A stretch of DNA of 64,000 nt from Tubiluchus corallicola (Eukaryota > Animalia > Priapulida), in NCBI GenBank assembly GCA_030141605.1, contig JAQGDQ010000766.1, positions 1 to 64,000 on the forward strand, given 5' to 3'. The notes under the pieces are model-generated. The model did no database searches. It was given only the letters and a program-made list of their open reading frames with translations, and was not told the DNA's origin. Each line of letters begins with the position of its first letter. Within the stretch, counting starts at the first letter, position 1. Of this stretch, positions 26,959 to 39,900 are shown piece after piece. Made by a program: the position numbers and the translations under genes.

Positions 26959-27407
26959 GAGTCCTTGCAACAATATCATCATTATTAGTAGCTCCATTAA
27001 TATCATCATAACATTAAACTAAGTATCTAATGCTTTAAAGAGAAAAACTCCGTAGGGTACATAACTCGCTAGCCCATTTACTTAGTAGAAAACAATTATT
27101 TGTCCAAGATGGAGTGAAAAGGATCACCTGTCTGTGAAGCAAGACAAAATAAAAAATGATTTACCTTAAGCAAATGTTGGAATCGCCTGAAAAGTGCGCT
27201 TATTTCACTTCAAAGAAGATTAATATTGGCAAATATTAATTCTTGTAGCTCAGAATAGAATGCTTATATTTTATCAGATGTATAATAAATTATTCAACAT
27301 GTATTGACGTGTTTAATTATTATTTTTACATAAACGTACCATGCTAGTACGCTTAACTACTCAATTAGCAACTTGTCTCTAGTGTCCTACTTATTATATT
27401 TATTATC

Positions 27408-27445
<38 letters not shown>

Positions 27446-28661
27446 CGTATAATTATAGAAAGTTCAGTAGTATACGTAGTGAAGTGCAGGCACTGCCCAC
27501 TCCGTGTAGTGCACAACCTCTGTCTTTATTCCATGGTTACCAAACTAGTGTACATGTCACATCTAAAAGTGCCAGTAGTTCAAACCTAAGTCTTCTAAGT
27601 TATTTTTCTACAAACATTTCGGTTCATGCCTTTATACCTTTTGGTCTCTACCAATCAGGTTTCATTTTGGCTCTATCCCTGACATGTACAGTAGTTTGGG
27701 GAAGGTTATAAAGGAAGGATGAAAACCTGCTGTACTTTGGAGCTACAGTGGTAATCGAGTTGCGCAGAGTTGGTGGATCTAGTGCTTATGTTTCTTTCAT
27801 TCAGACCAAGAGCTCTCCTACTAAATGCTATATGGCATGTTAGGTATACGTCTCTCCATTTTATTTTTTGTTCTGTTTTTCTTTGATTTGTTTGAAATCT
27901 TGTTACAGTTTTCTTAGGTCTTCAAATATTTAAATCTCTTTCCTGTTAAATAGCCAGCGTTATTTTTAATACACTAGTGTTTAATTGTGGTCATGTGGCA
28001 GTCGTTATAAGGCTGCTCTGCCTCCGTACCTGCAAGCCAGAACCACTCCCAGATGGCGAGTCGCCATCAGCAGTTCAAATGGTGTCAGGTGGCGGATCTG
28101 TGTCGGTTGCTCAGTAGGTGATTCTGCTTGCTCAACTATTGGTTCAGCTGATCGTGTCGCAAGCAGTGAGCTTGGTGCTTGCACTACTGGTGAGTTTAAT
28201 GGCTCTTCAGTGCCAACATCTGTTGCAACACACGGTGTTCAGCAAATTGCAGAGTTGGTTTCAGAGCAGACCGTTGAACAGGTTGCCGTATAGATAATCT
28301 TAGCTCAAGTAACGGACAAAATTTAAAATATTACTTAGTCTGCCCATGTACGACACTGCTTTTCCGCAAATTTAACACATGTTTTACCGTACACGTCCTA
28401 CTTCGGCTAATGGGTTATTCGGCGCCCTACAGTAATAACATGGTGGCCAAGGATTGTTTATGTGGACTAACTCAAGAAAATTCAAGTTCAAGATTGTTCA
28501 CTTACAACATTTCACTAAGCAAAACTAGTTTTACACAAGATCAATGTTATGAATAGTAACCAATTACATCATTGCCTTTTCCACTATCAAGTTTGTTTAA
28601 TTTGAAGTTCTGAAGCAAAAAGTATTTAAAAACAAAAGCTTCATCCATTGACTGTGCTTAT

Positions 28662-29075
28662 TTGCAGACATTTTTCTGGACACGTCAATGGTTACTTGCA
28701 GACATTTTTCTGGACATGCCAATGGTTACTTGCATACATTTTCTGGGTACGTTAATGGTTACTTGTAGACATTTTTCTGGGCACGTCAATGGTTACTTGC
28801 AGACATTTTTCTGGACATGCCAATGGTTACTTGCATACATTTTCTGGACATGCCAATGGTTACTTGCATACATTTTCTGGGCACGTCAATGGTTTCTTGC
28901 AGACATTTTCTGGGCACGTCAATGGTTACTTGCAGACATTTTCTGGGCACGCCAATAGTTACTTGTAGACATTTTTGTGGACATGCCAATATTTACTTGC
29001 AGACATTTTTCTGGGCACGTCAATGTGGATTGCTGTCATATTTTCGGGCATGTCAATGGATCCTTTCAGACATTT
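28662..29075. repeat. 33-34-bp minisatellite (~12 copies) directly after the ancestral stop of the LRR receptor gene
   Basis: Unit TTGCAGACATTTTTCTGGACACGTCAATGGTTAC. Confidence 0.9.
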
Positions 29076-29086
29076 TGAAAAAAAAA

Positions 29087-29207
29087 TTATTCAATTTTGA
29101 CATACACACAATGGCCTATGCTAACGTGTGAATGAGTTGATTTGATGTTTTCCTGTCCATTATCCTGTGAATTAACAGATTTGTCAGTATCCTGCTCTTT
29201 ATCCAGT
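29087..29207 (-). CDS. Displaced C-terminal 38 codons of the LRR receptor (DKEQDTDKSVNSQDNGQENIKSTHSHVSIGHCVYVKIE*)
   Basis: Continues the SVHSLD/SVNSQDNG tail repeat exactly in frame once 29208-30407 and one TSD are removed; may no longer be translated. Confidence 0.7.
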
Positions 29208-30407
29208 TGTGACGACTGAAGCCGTCCATGGTGATGCGCTACTAATAATTGATTGACATTTTTTATTAATGTATTTTTGATGACAATCCAAAATGTTTCG
29301 TTATTATTGTTATGACATTGATTGCCATGATTGTTAATACGTTTTGTTAGACTTGTGATTTTTGTTGCCAGTTGATTTTTTTTGTAACATTAGATGGAAG
29401 CACTTTACAGGCTTGAGTGACCAGAGCCTGGGTCACATGAACAAATTTACCTACCTGGCCAGGTATTGGCCTAGTTTCGTTGTCTATCTGGTTTTGTAGC
29501 TCAAAGTAAAAAGAGCAAATTTTGTTGATAGCATGTTGCCAGTTTTGAACATGTGTGTATGCCTCGAAAGTGAAAGCCACCTCATGGGCAATTTGGTTAT
29601 TAGTTAGACTTAGAGAGGCTTTGGAAAGAAACTTGTTTATTCACGTAACCTCCAATTGTGTTTCTTGATGGTAATACCAGTGGAAGCCATCCAGGATAGA
29701 ACACCTCTGTTGTTTCCCGTACGGAATGCTTGTCATTTAACTCTTCCTCTTATGGAGACTGAGTTCCGGTTTGGTTGCTTAATGTCATTATCCGGTGCAG
29801 TACCGTCTAGAGGAGTCAATTGTCATTTGTTGGAGACAGGGGATCTGATGGTTTTTGGCAGACGTGTCCTGGCAGCCATATTGGATACGTGGTAGGAAAC
29901 CTGGTACGATTCGTGGTTGGAAACGTGGAAACGTGGTATTCGGGCGAATACGTGGTAGAACCATTGCTGATGGTATCCATCTCCCTGGACAGTTATTCTG
30001 GGCCCAGCCATAGTACAGATGAGTAAAAAAATGTTAAATTTTATCTAGATTTATCCAGTTGACTATTATTGCGTTATTATCACGTTAACTAGTATTGCGT
30101 TTCAAAGTGTTTGTTTACAAAAGAACTTTATACGCCGGCATTAGTTATTTTTTTTTGCGTAAATCGAAAATAATTAAATATCCTCTTTATTATTATTATT
30201 ATTATTATTAAAAAATCCTGTTGTTTGGGTAATTGTATTCCTAGAGAATTAAGGTATAAACATAAAGCATTGTTCACACTGTCTTACACGGACTCATGTG
30301 CGAATTTCTACTATATTTTGGTCAATCAAGGTATAACTCGTGACAGCGGGACTGCTTGGCAAAACATCCTAACAACAATTTAACATTTTCTTAGACACGC
30401 TGTCACA
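29208..30407. mobile_element. Solo-LTR-like insertion, 1200 bp, inside a coding exon
   Basis: TGTGAC...GTCACA termini; perfect 5-bp TSD CCAGT at 29203-29207 and 30408-30412. Confidence 0.88.
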
Positions 30408-31535
30408 CCAGTGAATGAACAGATTTGGCACTATCCTCTCCATTATCCTGTGAATTAACTGATTTGATGTTTTCCTGTCCATTATCCTGTGAATTAACAG
30501 ACTTGGCAGTATCCTGCTCTTCATCCAGTGAATGAATAGATTTGGCACTATCCTGTCCATTATCCTGTGAATTAACTGATTTGATGTTTTCCTGTCCATT
30601 GTCCTGTGAATTAACAGACCTGGCTGTATCCTGTTTTTCATCCAGTGAATGAACAGATTTGGCACCATCCTCTCCATTATCCTGTGAATTAACAGATTTG
30701 GCAGTATCCTGTTTTTCATCCAGTGAATGAACAGATTTGGCACTATCCTCACCATTATCCTGTGAATTAACAGATTTGGCAGTATCCTGTTTTTTATTCA
30801 GTTCGACAGTTTTCGATTGTTCAATTTCTTCAGGTGCAGTCTGCTGCTCTTCAATTTCATTACTGTCTTCTTCATTTAGTTTTTTTCTTGCGATGAACAA
30901 CAAGAGCCCTAACAAAATCAGAACCGCCACGACGATTACAACTGTAAGGCCTGGTCTAATTCTGGACACAGATAACCATGACGTTTCTGTAGTTGTTTTG
31001 TCTACAGCAGTTATATCTGTCATAGTCGTTGTTGCTGTTGTAATTGTTGCTGTTGTCATTGTTGTTGTAATTGTTACTGTTGTCATTGTCATTGTTGTTG
31101 TTGTAATTGTTACTGTTGTCGTTGTCATTGTTGCTGTTGTCGTTGTTATTGTTGTAATTGTTGCTGTTGTCGTTGTTGTAATTGTTGCTGTAGTCGTTGT
31201 CGTTGTTATTGTTGTGATTGTTGCTGTTTTCGTTGCCATTGTTGTTGTAATTGTTGCTGTTGTCATTGTTGTTGAAATTGTTGCTGTTGTCGTTGTCATT
31301 GTTGTAATAGTTGCTGTTGTCATTGTTGTTGAAATTGTTGCTGTTGTCGTTGTCATTGTTGTTACAGACGTGGTCTCAATTGTTGTCACTGTTGGCGGTA
31401 AATCACATTCAAAATCATCATATTTAGCATTTGAAATCGTTTTTGGCCACACGCAGTCAACTTTGGTATAGCTGTTATCAGACCATGGTGGCAGAACAAT
31501 CCAGGTTAAGTTGCAGTCGCATTGCATTTGTTCCC
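30403..31535 (-). CDS. LRR receptor exon 2: LRRCT, Thr-rich mucin stalk, TM helix, repetitive cytoplasmic tail
   Basis: Acceptor TTTAATTTAG; phase-1 join gives IDGEQMQCDCNLTW...DCVWP...FEC (LRRCT); poly-Thr; LTVVIVVAVLILLGLLLFIA followed by RKK; 13-aa tail repeats; TGA at 30403-30405 lies inside the insertion. Confidence 0.85.
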
Positions 31536-32259
31536 CTAAATTAAAAAAAAAACAATCGGAAGTTGAAATAACATTTAATGAGCCTTTTTGCAGTTTCAGC
31601 GATTGATGATGATCGTGAAAAGGTCAAAGGTTAGGTGTACCAGACAAGGCATTAATGGGCACTTGTCAATGCTTTGCAGCTGGACGTGTCGTAATAGTAA
31701 CAGATTTAATAACTAGTCACTTTCATATTTTCTTGTTCTCAAGCAAAATCGTGTTAGCAAATCACTGTACGTCACAAAAGCTTATGCATAGTTGATTAAA
31801 GTACACGTAAATCAACGGTTGTTACTGAACTGATGTTACATATAACTTTGCTTTACACACATTTTACATGACTGTTGTAGTCAATGTAGTCGCTTTGCTG
31901 TGGTACACTTAATCTTTGACCTATAGAAACTGCGCATTCACACAACTAAACGTTGATAGGCTGATTTGTGATGTAGGTGTCATTTAATCAGACAAATAAA
32001 CAAGATTTTCACAGTCACAACACATTGTTCTTGTTGTTGTAGTATTTGCTGCTACTGTCGTTCTTGTTGTTGCAATTGCTGTTAATATAGTGATTGTTTC
32101 TTGAACACAACTTTTTTTGTATTTTTTGATCATCTGATTTCCTTTCTTGATGTTTATAATCAGAAATGCGGCCTTAATTTATTTTTCCTAAAATTCGGCA
32201 AATCTTAATAATAAAAATAATAATAGTGCTCTACATTATTATTGTTCTTTATAACTCAC

Positions 32260-32833
32260 CGTCGATCACAATTGTCACATTTTCGGCTGGCAAATCTTTG
32301 TGAATTTTAATGGGCTCGAGTCCTTGAATACTGTTGTCAACGAACAACATATAGCGCAAGTGCAGATTATAAGACAAGTCAAACTCCAAGGTTCCTGTCA
32401 GTTGATTATTTCTTCTGAACCGAATAATCTCAAACTCTGCATTCTTGAAAGCGTCTGGATGAATGTAAGAAAGGTGAGTCTCAAAAAAAGTCACTTCGTA
32501 CACATGACCGTTAATCGAATTTGGTCCCAAACTAGCCAATTTTCCATAGGCTATTCTTAAAAATCCCGTTTTCATTACTTTTCCGTGAAAAAAATTGTCT
32601 GGCAACTCTGTTCCTTGATAATACAGTATAGAAAGTTGGCTGACTTTATCATCTATTGTTCCCAAAGTGCCATCTATTCTTGCAAGTTCATCTTTTGAGG
32701 CTGTGTATTCGCATTGTACAGTACAAGTGTATTTTTCATAAAATACACAACTTTCAAATTTTCTATTGCAATAATCTTGTGACAGACAAGCAGTTATTAG
32801 AGCTGTGTGACAGAAAGCAAATAGGAGCCTCAT
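32260..32833 (-). CDS. LRR receptor exon 1: signal peptide, Cys-rich N-cap, several divergent LRRs
   Basis: MRLLFAFCHTALITACLS signal; four Cys; ELPDNFF, LASLGPNSI, LSYIHPDAF and FDLSYN motifs; donor G|GTGAGT at 32260/32259, in phase with exon 2. Confidence 0.8.
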
Positions 32834-32927
32834 GTTTCTGTTTAAGCAAAATTCTAATATTTGTTTAAAATATCGTATTGTAGTCCTATTGTCCAACAGC
32901 AAACGTGCATTGTTAGGCGTCACAGGC

Positions 32928-33078
32928 AACATGCAGTGGCGTCTATAGCAACAGAGAGGTTTGCGTAACAACGGCTAGTGTGAAGCAATTTATTTAGAAT
33001 GACGCCACATGCAGATGCGTCTATAGCAACAGAGACGTTTGCGTAACAACGGCTAGTGTAAAGCAATTTATTTAAAAT
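32928..33078. promoter_or_regulatory. 79-bp tandem duplication upstream of the LRR gene, with RFX-like and C/EBP-like motifs
   Basis: Two copies of ACATGCAG..GCGTCTATAGCAACAGAGA.GTTTGCGTAACAACGGCTAGTGT.AAGCAATTTATTTA; regulatory role is inferred. Confidence 0.55.
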
Positions 33079-33256
33079 CTTTTTATATTTTATTCTTAAT
33101 AAATCAAAGTGTAGTAATCAATAAAAAAGTAGCATATACCAATCTTATAAGAAATTAACGTAATTACAATACTATTTTGTAGGTTTTGCAAGCGTAGCTA
33201 AAGTATAAATTGTTGAATTATATGCGTGGCTTTACTGGGATCTTGAGAGTTTATAT

Positions 33257-33757
33257 CAGGGGTGTGCAAATTATCTGACTAGCTAGGCCACATTAAACTT
33301 TCCCGGAATTCCTGTGAGCCACAGGCAGTTTGATCAAGGAGTCAAGTACAGAAGGGTCTAATGACGATTTTTTTTGCATCCGACCTGCGTACATCATTAC
33401 TACTACACTCAAGAAACTATTTTAGAAGTTATTAGAATTTATATTACAAACCATATATCTCTACTTTCGGGACAGACAGTGGTAATTTCATTACAATGCA
33501 TATTAGTAATGTGCATCACACAATCTGTGTAGCACAGTGACATTAAGCTACAACCGTCTTGTAAGGGTTAATGGCATCCGATCTAGTAGAAAAAGCTGCG
33601 TGCACTATCTTTGGGATGGTGGCACGGACTTCATCTGGAAACATTCAATTAATCGCCCGGGCCGCACTTCCATTAGGTTGACAAATCTCTTCGCGGGCCG
33701 CACAAATTCTCTCGGCAGGCCGCAAGTGACCCGCGTGCCGCAATTTGCACACCCCTG
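33257..33757. mobile_element. hAT (Charlie-like) MITE, 501 bp
   Basis: TIRs CAGGGGTGTGCAAATT / AATTTGCACACCCCTG; perfect 8-bp TSD GTTTATAT. Confidence 0.92.
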
Positions 33758-34676
33758 GTTTATATGTATTGATAATTTGCAACTAACCAACTATGGCTTA
33801 ACACTGAATGTAGTTTCCGCTCCCAGCTTTTTTTAGCAATTTTTGTCACTTATGTTTCCATTCAGAATGTTAAGTGTGTGAAACTGAAAAATCACGAAAC
33901 GATTTATTATCGATTGTGTATCATAGATATAGCTTATAGCTTATAGTTTGTAATTTTATTTCATATTTATATTGAAGAAAAATGCGCTGTCAAAATATGG
34001 CAGTACTAGACCAAATGGAGTTTTGTTGCTTTTCAATTTTTCCATCTTCGTGTGAATAAGGCACCCCCGCCATCATTGACATCGTTACTGCCGTCACTAA
34101 CAATAACAATAATGGCAAAAATTAGAGAGAGAGGAAGAGTATCTTATACCAAAATAACAAATAATACACCAGAACAATGGCCATAAGAAGTGTCACTATT
34201 GTCACATGAATTATACTTACAACAAAAAAATTATACATAAAATGCAGCAAATCTATTACAAAGTTTTTTAACGTACTTTCAATGAAATCAACAGTTTAAT
34301 ATTGTGTAAAGAACTATTAGCATCTTTTAGGTAACATTTTTGTGATAATTATTATTAATAATTGTGATTTGCTCTGCATGCTTGAGCTACAATCTTCATT
34401 TGTAAAGGAATTTTGTCTCTTGTGAAATTCTTTTGTCTTTTTATATATGTAATGGAGGGTCAATGAACAAATTGAAAAACCAAAATCATGTCCAGGAAAA
34501 CACTATTTATTCCTCTCTGCTGTCCTACATTTTCTGGTAATATTTTTTTGATACAGTAACTAAGAATCACAAATTAGCAATGATAGTATACAATCACATT
34601 GGTAACATTAGTGTTACACATAATTTTAAAAAACTCCAGTAACTTGTGCGTTGGTAGTGTTATCAAACAAAGAAGA

Positions 34677-35181
34677 TCAGACCAGCAAGACAGTCTGGAA
34701 TGCATTACTGCTAAGCAATCCCCGAGATCTTTGATCTACGCAAACCATATCTATGGTATCAGGTGCAATGCTAGATTCATTTTCTGAGTTGTTTTCATCA
34801 TCCAAGCACCAGGCAGAATTACTTGCTAAAACATTGCAATTACTTTTCGCATTCAAAATATCAGGTTGATGCCTTGTATTAAATGTCTTAAACACGTCAT
34901 TGTTATTCTTGTCATTCTGTGCAACGGCATCATGTTTAGTTTTTCAGATATTTTACCAGCTTTAAATCCACAATCTGCTATTTGGCTGCTAGATATATTT
35001 TCTATATCAGTTGCTGCAACATCACGTACATAGTTAGTTTCCATTTTACCATCACCAATCCCATTTTTAGCATAATCCTTCAAAGCATTTACAGTAACAT
35101 CAGGCTCAAGTTTTACAGAATAGAAGAGCTGCTTGTTCACCCTGTACACGTTTGCCAAACCGTGAGATGAGAAAATGATTT
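34677..35181 (-). pseudogene. Divergent, frameshifted copy of the ZNF N-terminal region with no fingers
   Basis: Acceptor TTTTCGCAG; VKLEPD...CGFKAG, frameshift, KTKHD...QPDILNAKSNCNVL, aligning to VKIEPD...CGFQTG..KTEND...QPDIVHLKTDFSVL of ZNF-C/F. Confidence 0.65.
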
Positions 35182-35799
35182 CTGCGAAAAGTAAACAAAA
35201 ATAAAATGCAAAATTGCTTACAGAGAAATAGCTAATATAATGCACAAATTGTTTTTGAAAGTTCAATTCAATAACAAACATCACTTCTCTGTCAAAGAAC
35301 TAATCAGAAACTAGAAATCTTTTCCTTATGATTTTACAAAAAAATACTAATGACAACAGTAATAGTTTTGATTGATTTAACAAAATTGATTTAATTAAAT
35401 TAAGTAAAGTAAAAAATAATCTGAAAATGCAGGAAGATATTATGAAATGTTGTGAAGTATGTAACATTTATTACATTTTATTACAACACAAAATCAAACC
35501 ATCAGAATCAGTTGAAATCGCAAAGATGCACAACAGGTTTCGGCAGATTTTATTTTGGTGAAAGTACGATCTAGTCTCGTTGAATATGTTACAATCAGCA
35601 CTTCGCACATGTTAGTATAAAAGGCTTAAAAATAGCAGTTTGCATTTTATCAATGTGTTAGTAGAAGAAAATGTAATGCGCCTTTGCTGTACCAAAATAT
35701 CCCAATGTTACATGCACCTTTGGACCACAACCAGCATTACCTAAGAAAAACTTATCATCCCTTATATTAATATTCTTGGTATATATATATATATATTTA

Positions 35800-36790
35800 T
35801 TTATATATATATAAGATTCGAGGCTACAGCTTCGACGAGGGCACCATTTGCGGCGATCTATACATCAAACGAAAGGTCTCGATCTAGTGTCTTCTCATTG
35901 ATGGTTTATTTTTCGAATCGGGCCCAGCGGGAGGAACGGGGGGGGCGAAAAACCTCCAAAAATGGCCATTTTTCGGCCGTTTTTTGCAAAAGTTATACGG
36001 CTAAGATGTAGAGAACGGGAATTTGCCGAGGGTGGTGCTGGGTATGGATAGATAGCCCGTTCAGCGATGGGTGTAGTAGGCATATTTAGAATTCGCGAGA
36101 GGGCCACGGCGTCCCGTAATTGGTTATTAATAGACAACCACCACGCAGCCTGAACATGATGGAATCGATTGCAAACTGCATGAAATGTGCCAACAATTTG
36201 AGATTAATTTGTACAGCAGGAAGATGTGAGTACTCTGTGGAATAAATAAATAAATAAATAAAATGAAATAGAGGAGTGCATAATACAGTCAACCTTGGGT
36301 ATAAGGGTCACTTCGGAACACCAACACTGGTCCCGATTTTTCGTAACATTTTTCCAATGTAAAAATCTTCGTATATCAGGTAGTCGCACATAATTATGAT
36401 AGAAGCGAAATTGATCGATTTTTAACCTCAATTTTTCGCAAACTCGGCCATTAAACAGCTCGGTTTCCGCGGTCACATACATCTCGCATCACTGAAGGAG
36501 CTTCCTACATATCGTTTGCACTGAATGTGTAGCAATAATCCATAAAATATGGGTGAAAGTACAGGTCTAGGTACACCCTCGGTCAGACTCAACTTGGGCT
36601 ATAAGGGATATGGGATATGACGGACGATTTTTTTCCGGTCCGCAGTATGTCTTATATCCGAGATGGACTGTACACGAGTCCTTATTCAAGTTTGGTGTGG
36701 TTGATTGCTTGATCATTGTTATGCCTACTGCGCATGCTCAATTACCATTAACATCGTCAACTGAAACTACTGCATGTCCTAGATTCAACT
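35800..36790. mobile_element. Unclassified GC-richer repeat-like segment starting at a (TA)n tract
   Basis: Compositional shift and TE-like motifs (ATACATCAAACGAAAGGTCTCGATC); no TIR or TSD resolved. Confidence 0.3.
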
Positions 36791-36955
36791 GACAAAATCT
36801 GCAAAAGATGAAAGCATCTGGAAAAAATACGTTTTTGAGATTTAAAGGGCATGTTGTTCAATTTGTGATTATGACCATGGCAAGAGCACCATCTTATTGT
36901 CAATCAGTATTACGTTGCTTTTGAGGCAGCTAATACTGCAGGTATTCTGAAGGCA

Positions 36956-39900
36956 TTCATGCAAAGCCAAGGAACCAATACATTAAATACAAACAATCCA
37001 GTATGGATATCTTTTTTTCAAAAACACAACTCAACTCATCTTGTAAAAATGTTAAAACCAATTTTGATACAATTATAAAAAACTTTGTACGAAATTTACA
37101 TTAGACCAGCAAAGATTGAGATACGTTATTCTTTTTAATGAAAACAGCAAAATTTAAATTGCAACAAACTAAATGTTTAAGAAAAGTAAATTAAAAGCAG
37201 TGAGTAGCCTAAGATGTCTGCGGCTTTAAAAAATGGAACGACAGTTGTGCAGCGTCTTAATATTACGCCATCTAGGATATACTGTATAGTGCTGCCACCT
37301 GTCTGCAGTTAAGTAGAGCGTGACAGAATTGTAAGATTGGCTTTGAATAAAGAAGTTGTGTTTCACTCCCTTCAAATGAGAATCGTTACATCGTCTAATT
37401 ATAAAATCTTTGTGTCTAAAATCTATCAGTAATTAATAACCATATTATAAGTTGTGTGTTTAACTGTCTAATAAAGTATTTAAAAAAATGTATTTCTCCC
37501 AAATTTGAAGAAAAATCATGCAGATGTTATGCTACATGTGAGGTTACCAATGATTACAAAAATACACATGAACAGTACTATAAATAGACAAGTATCACAG
37601 TATGTCCTGTTTGACTGCCCACCTCAATGGTTTTTCTCTGTAGTACAATGAATCCCTGAATGTCTTGTCAGATGGCCAGTCTGCGCAAATGCAGCGTCAC
37701 ACTGACTACACTTATATGGTTTTTCTCCAGTGTGAATTCTTAGATGTACATTCCTAGCACTTGAGCGACTAAATGCAGCATGACAGTGATTACACTTGTA
37801 CGGTTTCTCTCCTGTGTGAATTCTAAAGTGTGTTTTGAGACGGCCTGATCTGACAAATGAAGCAATACACTGACTACACTTAAATGGTTTTTCTCCAGTG
37901 TGAATTATTAAATGTGTTTTAAAGGAGCCTGAGTCGGTAAATGCAGCGTTACACTGACCGCACTTGAAAGGTTTCTCTCCAGTGTGAATTCTTGAGTGTC
38001 TTGTCAGAGTACCAGTGTGAGCAAATGCAGCATTACACTGACTACACTTATATGGTTTTTCTCCAGTGTGAGCTCTCAAATGACTTTTCAAATTGTCTGA
38101 CCGAGCAAAAGCAATGCCACACTGACTGCACTTGAAAGGTTTTTCTCCACTATGAATTCTAAAGTGGTTTTTCAGTTGACCTGAATACGTAAAAGCAGCA
38201 TCACACTGACCACACCTGTAAGATTTTCCTCCAGTGTGAGTTCTTGTATGCTTTTTCAAATTCCTTGCATCAGCACCATGACTAAACCTACGAGATTTTT
38301 CTTGAATGGAAGGAGTTACAATTTCATTGTGTTTAACAGAAAGGTCAGAGCGATCAAGATTAAATGACAGAAGCTCTGGACTTTTTTCATTCACACTTGC
38401 TAAAAGTTCGTCTTCTATTAAATCCTCTTTGCTTTCCTTCACTACATCACAAGAAGCATCCGATTCAGTTTTTAAAAATTCATTAGCAGTTTTTATATCT
38501 TTATCTGTAACTTCATCACACAAACTGTTGCCTTTCCTATTCGTCAAAACACTGAAGTCAGTTTTCAAGTGGACAATGTCAGGTTGCACCATAATGTCCA
38601 CTTCACAAATATCAGTGTTTTTCACATCACTATCTACAAGAAAATCATTCTCAGTTTTCACCATCATTTCACCTGTTTGAAAACCACACGCTACTCTATT
38701 GTATTTGTTGTTGTTTCTTATGTCAACTTTTTCAAAATTACTTTCAGTTTTTACATTGTCTGTTTGCACTTTAACATCAGTGCTGCCCTCTACAAAGTTA
38801 ACTAAAATATCAGGTTCAATTTTCACACGTCCAGGTACATTGTCTGTTTGCACTTTAACATCAGTGCTGCCCTCTACAAAGTTAACTAAAATATCAGGTT
38901 CAATTTTCACACGTCCAGGTACATTGTCTGTTTGCACTTTAACATCAGTGCTGCCCTCTACAAAGTTAACTAAAATATCAGGTTCAATTTTCACACATCC
39001 AGGTACTCTTTGTGCAGTCTCATCCATCTTTGTAGTCACAAGAGGAGAGGCGGTAATGCCAGCTCTCTGCAAAAAAGCAAATTAAAAACTTTCCAAACTA
39101 CTTCAAAACAAATGATGCAACATTAAGCATTAATCACACTAGAATGTGGTAAAAATGGATTTAGGGAGGCCATTTCGAAGCAGAAAATTGATGCTGCCAC
39201 AGCAAAAGAGCTACCGAGTTGCAGAAATGCTAAAGTTTGTAAATTCAGCAGAAACAACTGGGAGATCTGCAATCTTCAATCATATACAAAGCAGCAACTG
39301 TTAAGAATTACTTTGAATTTGGGAGAAATTCTAGAAAACATTTCAATTTCTGTTTAACAATAACTAAAACCTTTAGACCTACAAAAAATATGAATTCATA
39401 TGTAACAGCCATGTGATGCATAACTTCTAGTTGACAGACTGATATACACGGTCCGCAACTATATTTAAATCGACATAGAAGCCATTGCAGCATATGATGC
39501 GATACATACGAGGACATTCTACCTCGTTCATTCAGGTACCGAATTTTCCTTTTGAACGGATGTCCAGGACATTTTTAATGGGTTAATTTACGTGGTGCCT
39601 TTCTTCAGGTTGTCATAAGTTTTGTTTTGGTGTTAGTGGCTAGATTCTACTGACGTTGTATAAAGGATAATAGTTAAATGTAGAAATGTTAAATATCGGC
39701 ACCTATTACGTCCCACCAGCACAACTCCGGGGGTAAAAGATTTGCATTGCCATACTTCTCCACTTAGAGGAGCTAATGGACAAACCATTCTTTTAGGGAT
39801 TCTGAACATTGGTGGAGTATTTCTCACACCATTAGTTAGATCAGCAGTAGCGGAGACATCAGACAACAACTACTAATTCACACATAACTACTTGTGGTGT

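Noticed and set aside
27500-28460. Possible Gypsy integrase 3' end, PPT and LTR on the minus strand
   Set aside because: Only a vague resemblance; no catalytic motif, paired termini or TSD could be fixed by eye.
30737-31471. 244-aa Val/Ile-rich hydrophobic ORF
   Set aside because: Antisense shadow of the Thr-rich stalk.
39633-39869. 78-aa ORF apparently conserved at 60719-60955
   Set aside because: Identity follows from the recent duplication; TTG start and no recognisable motif.
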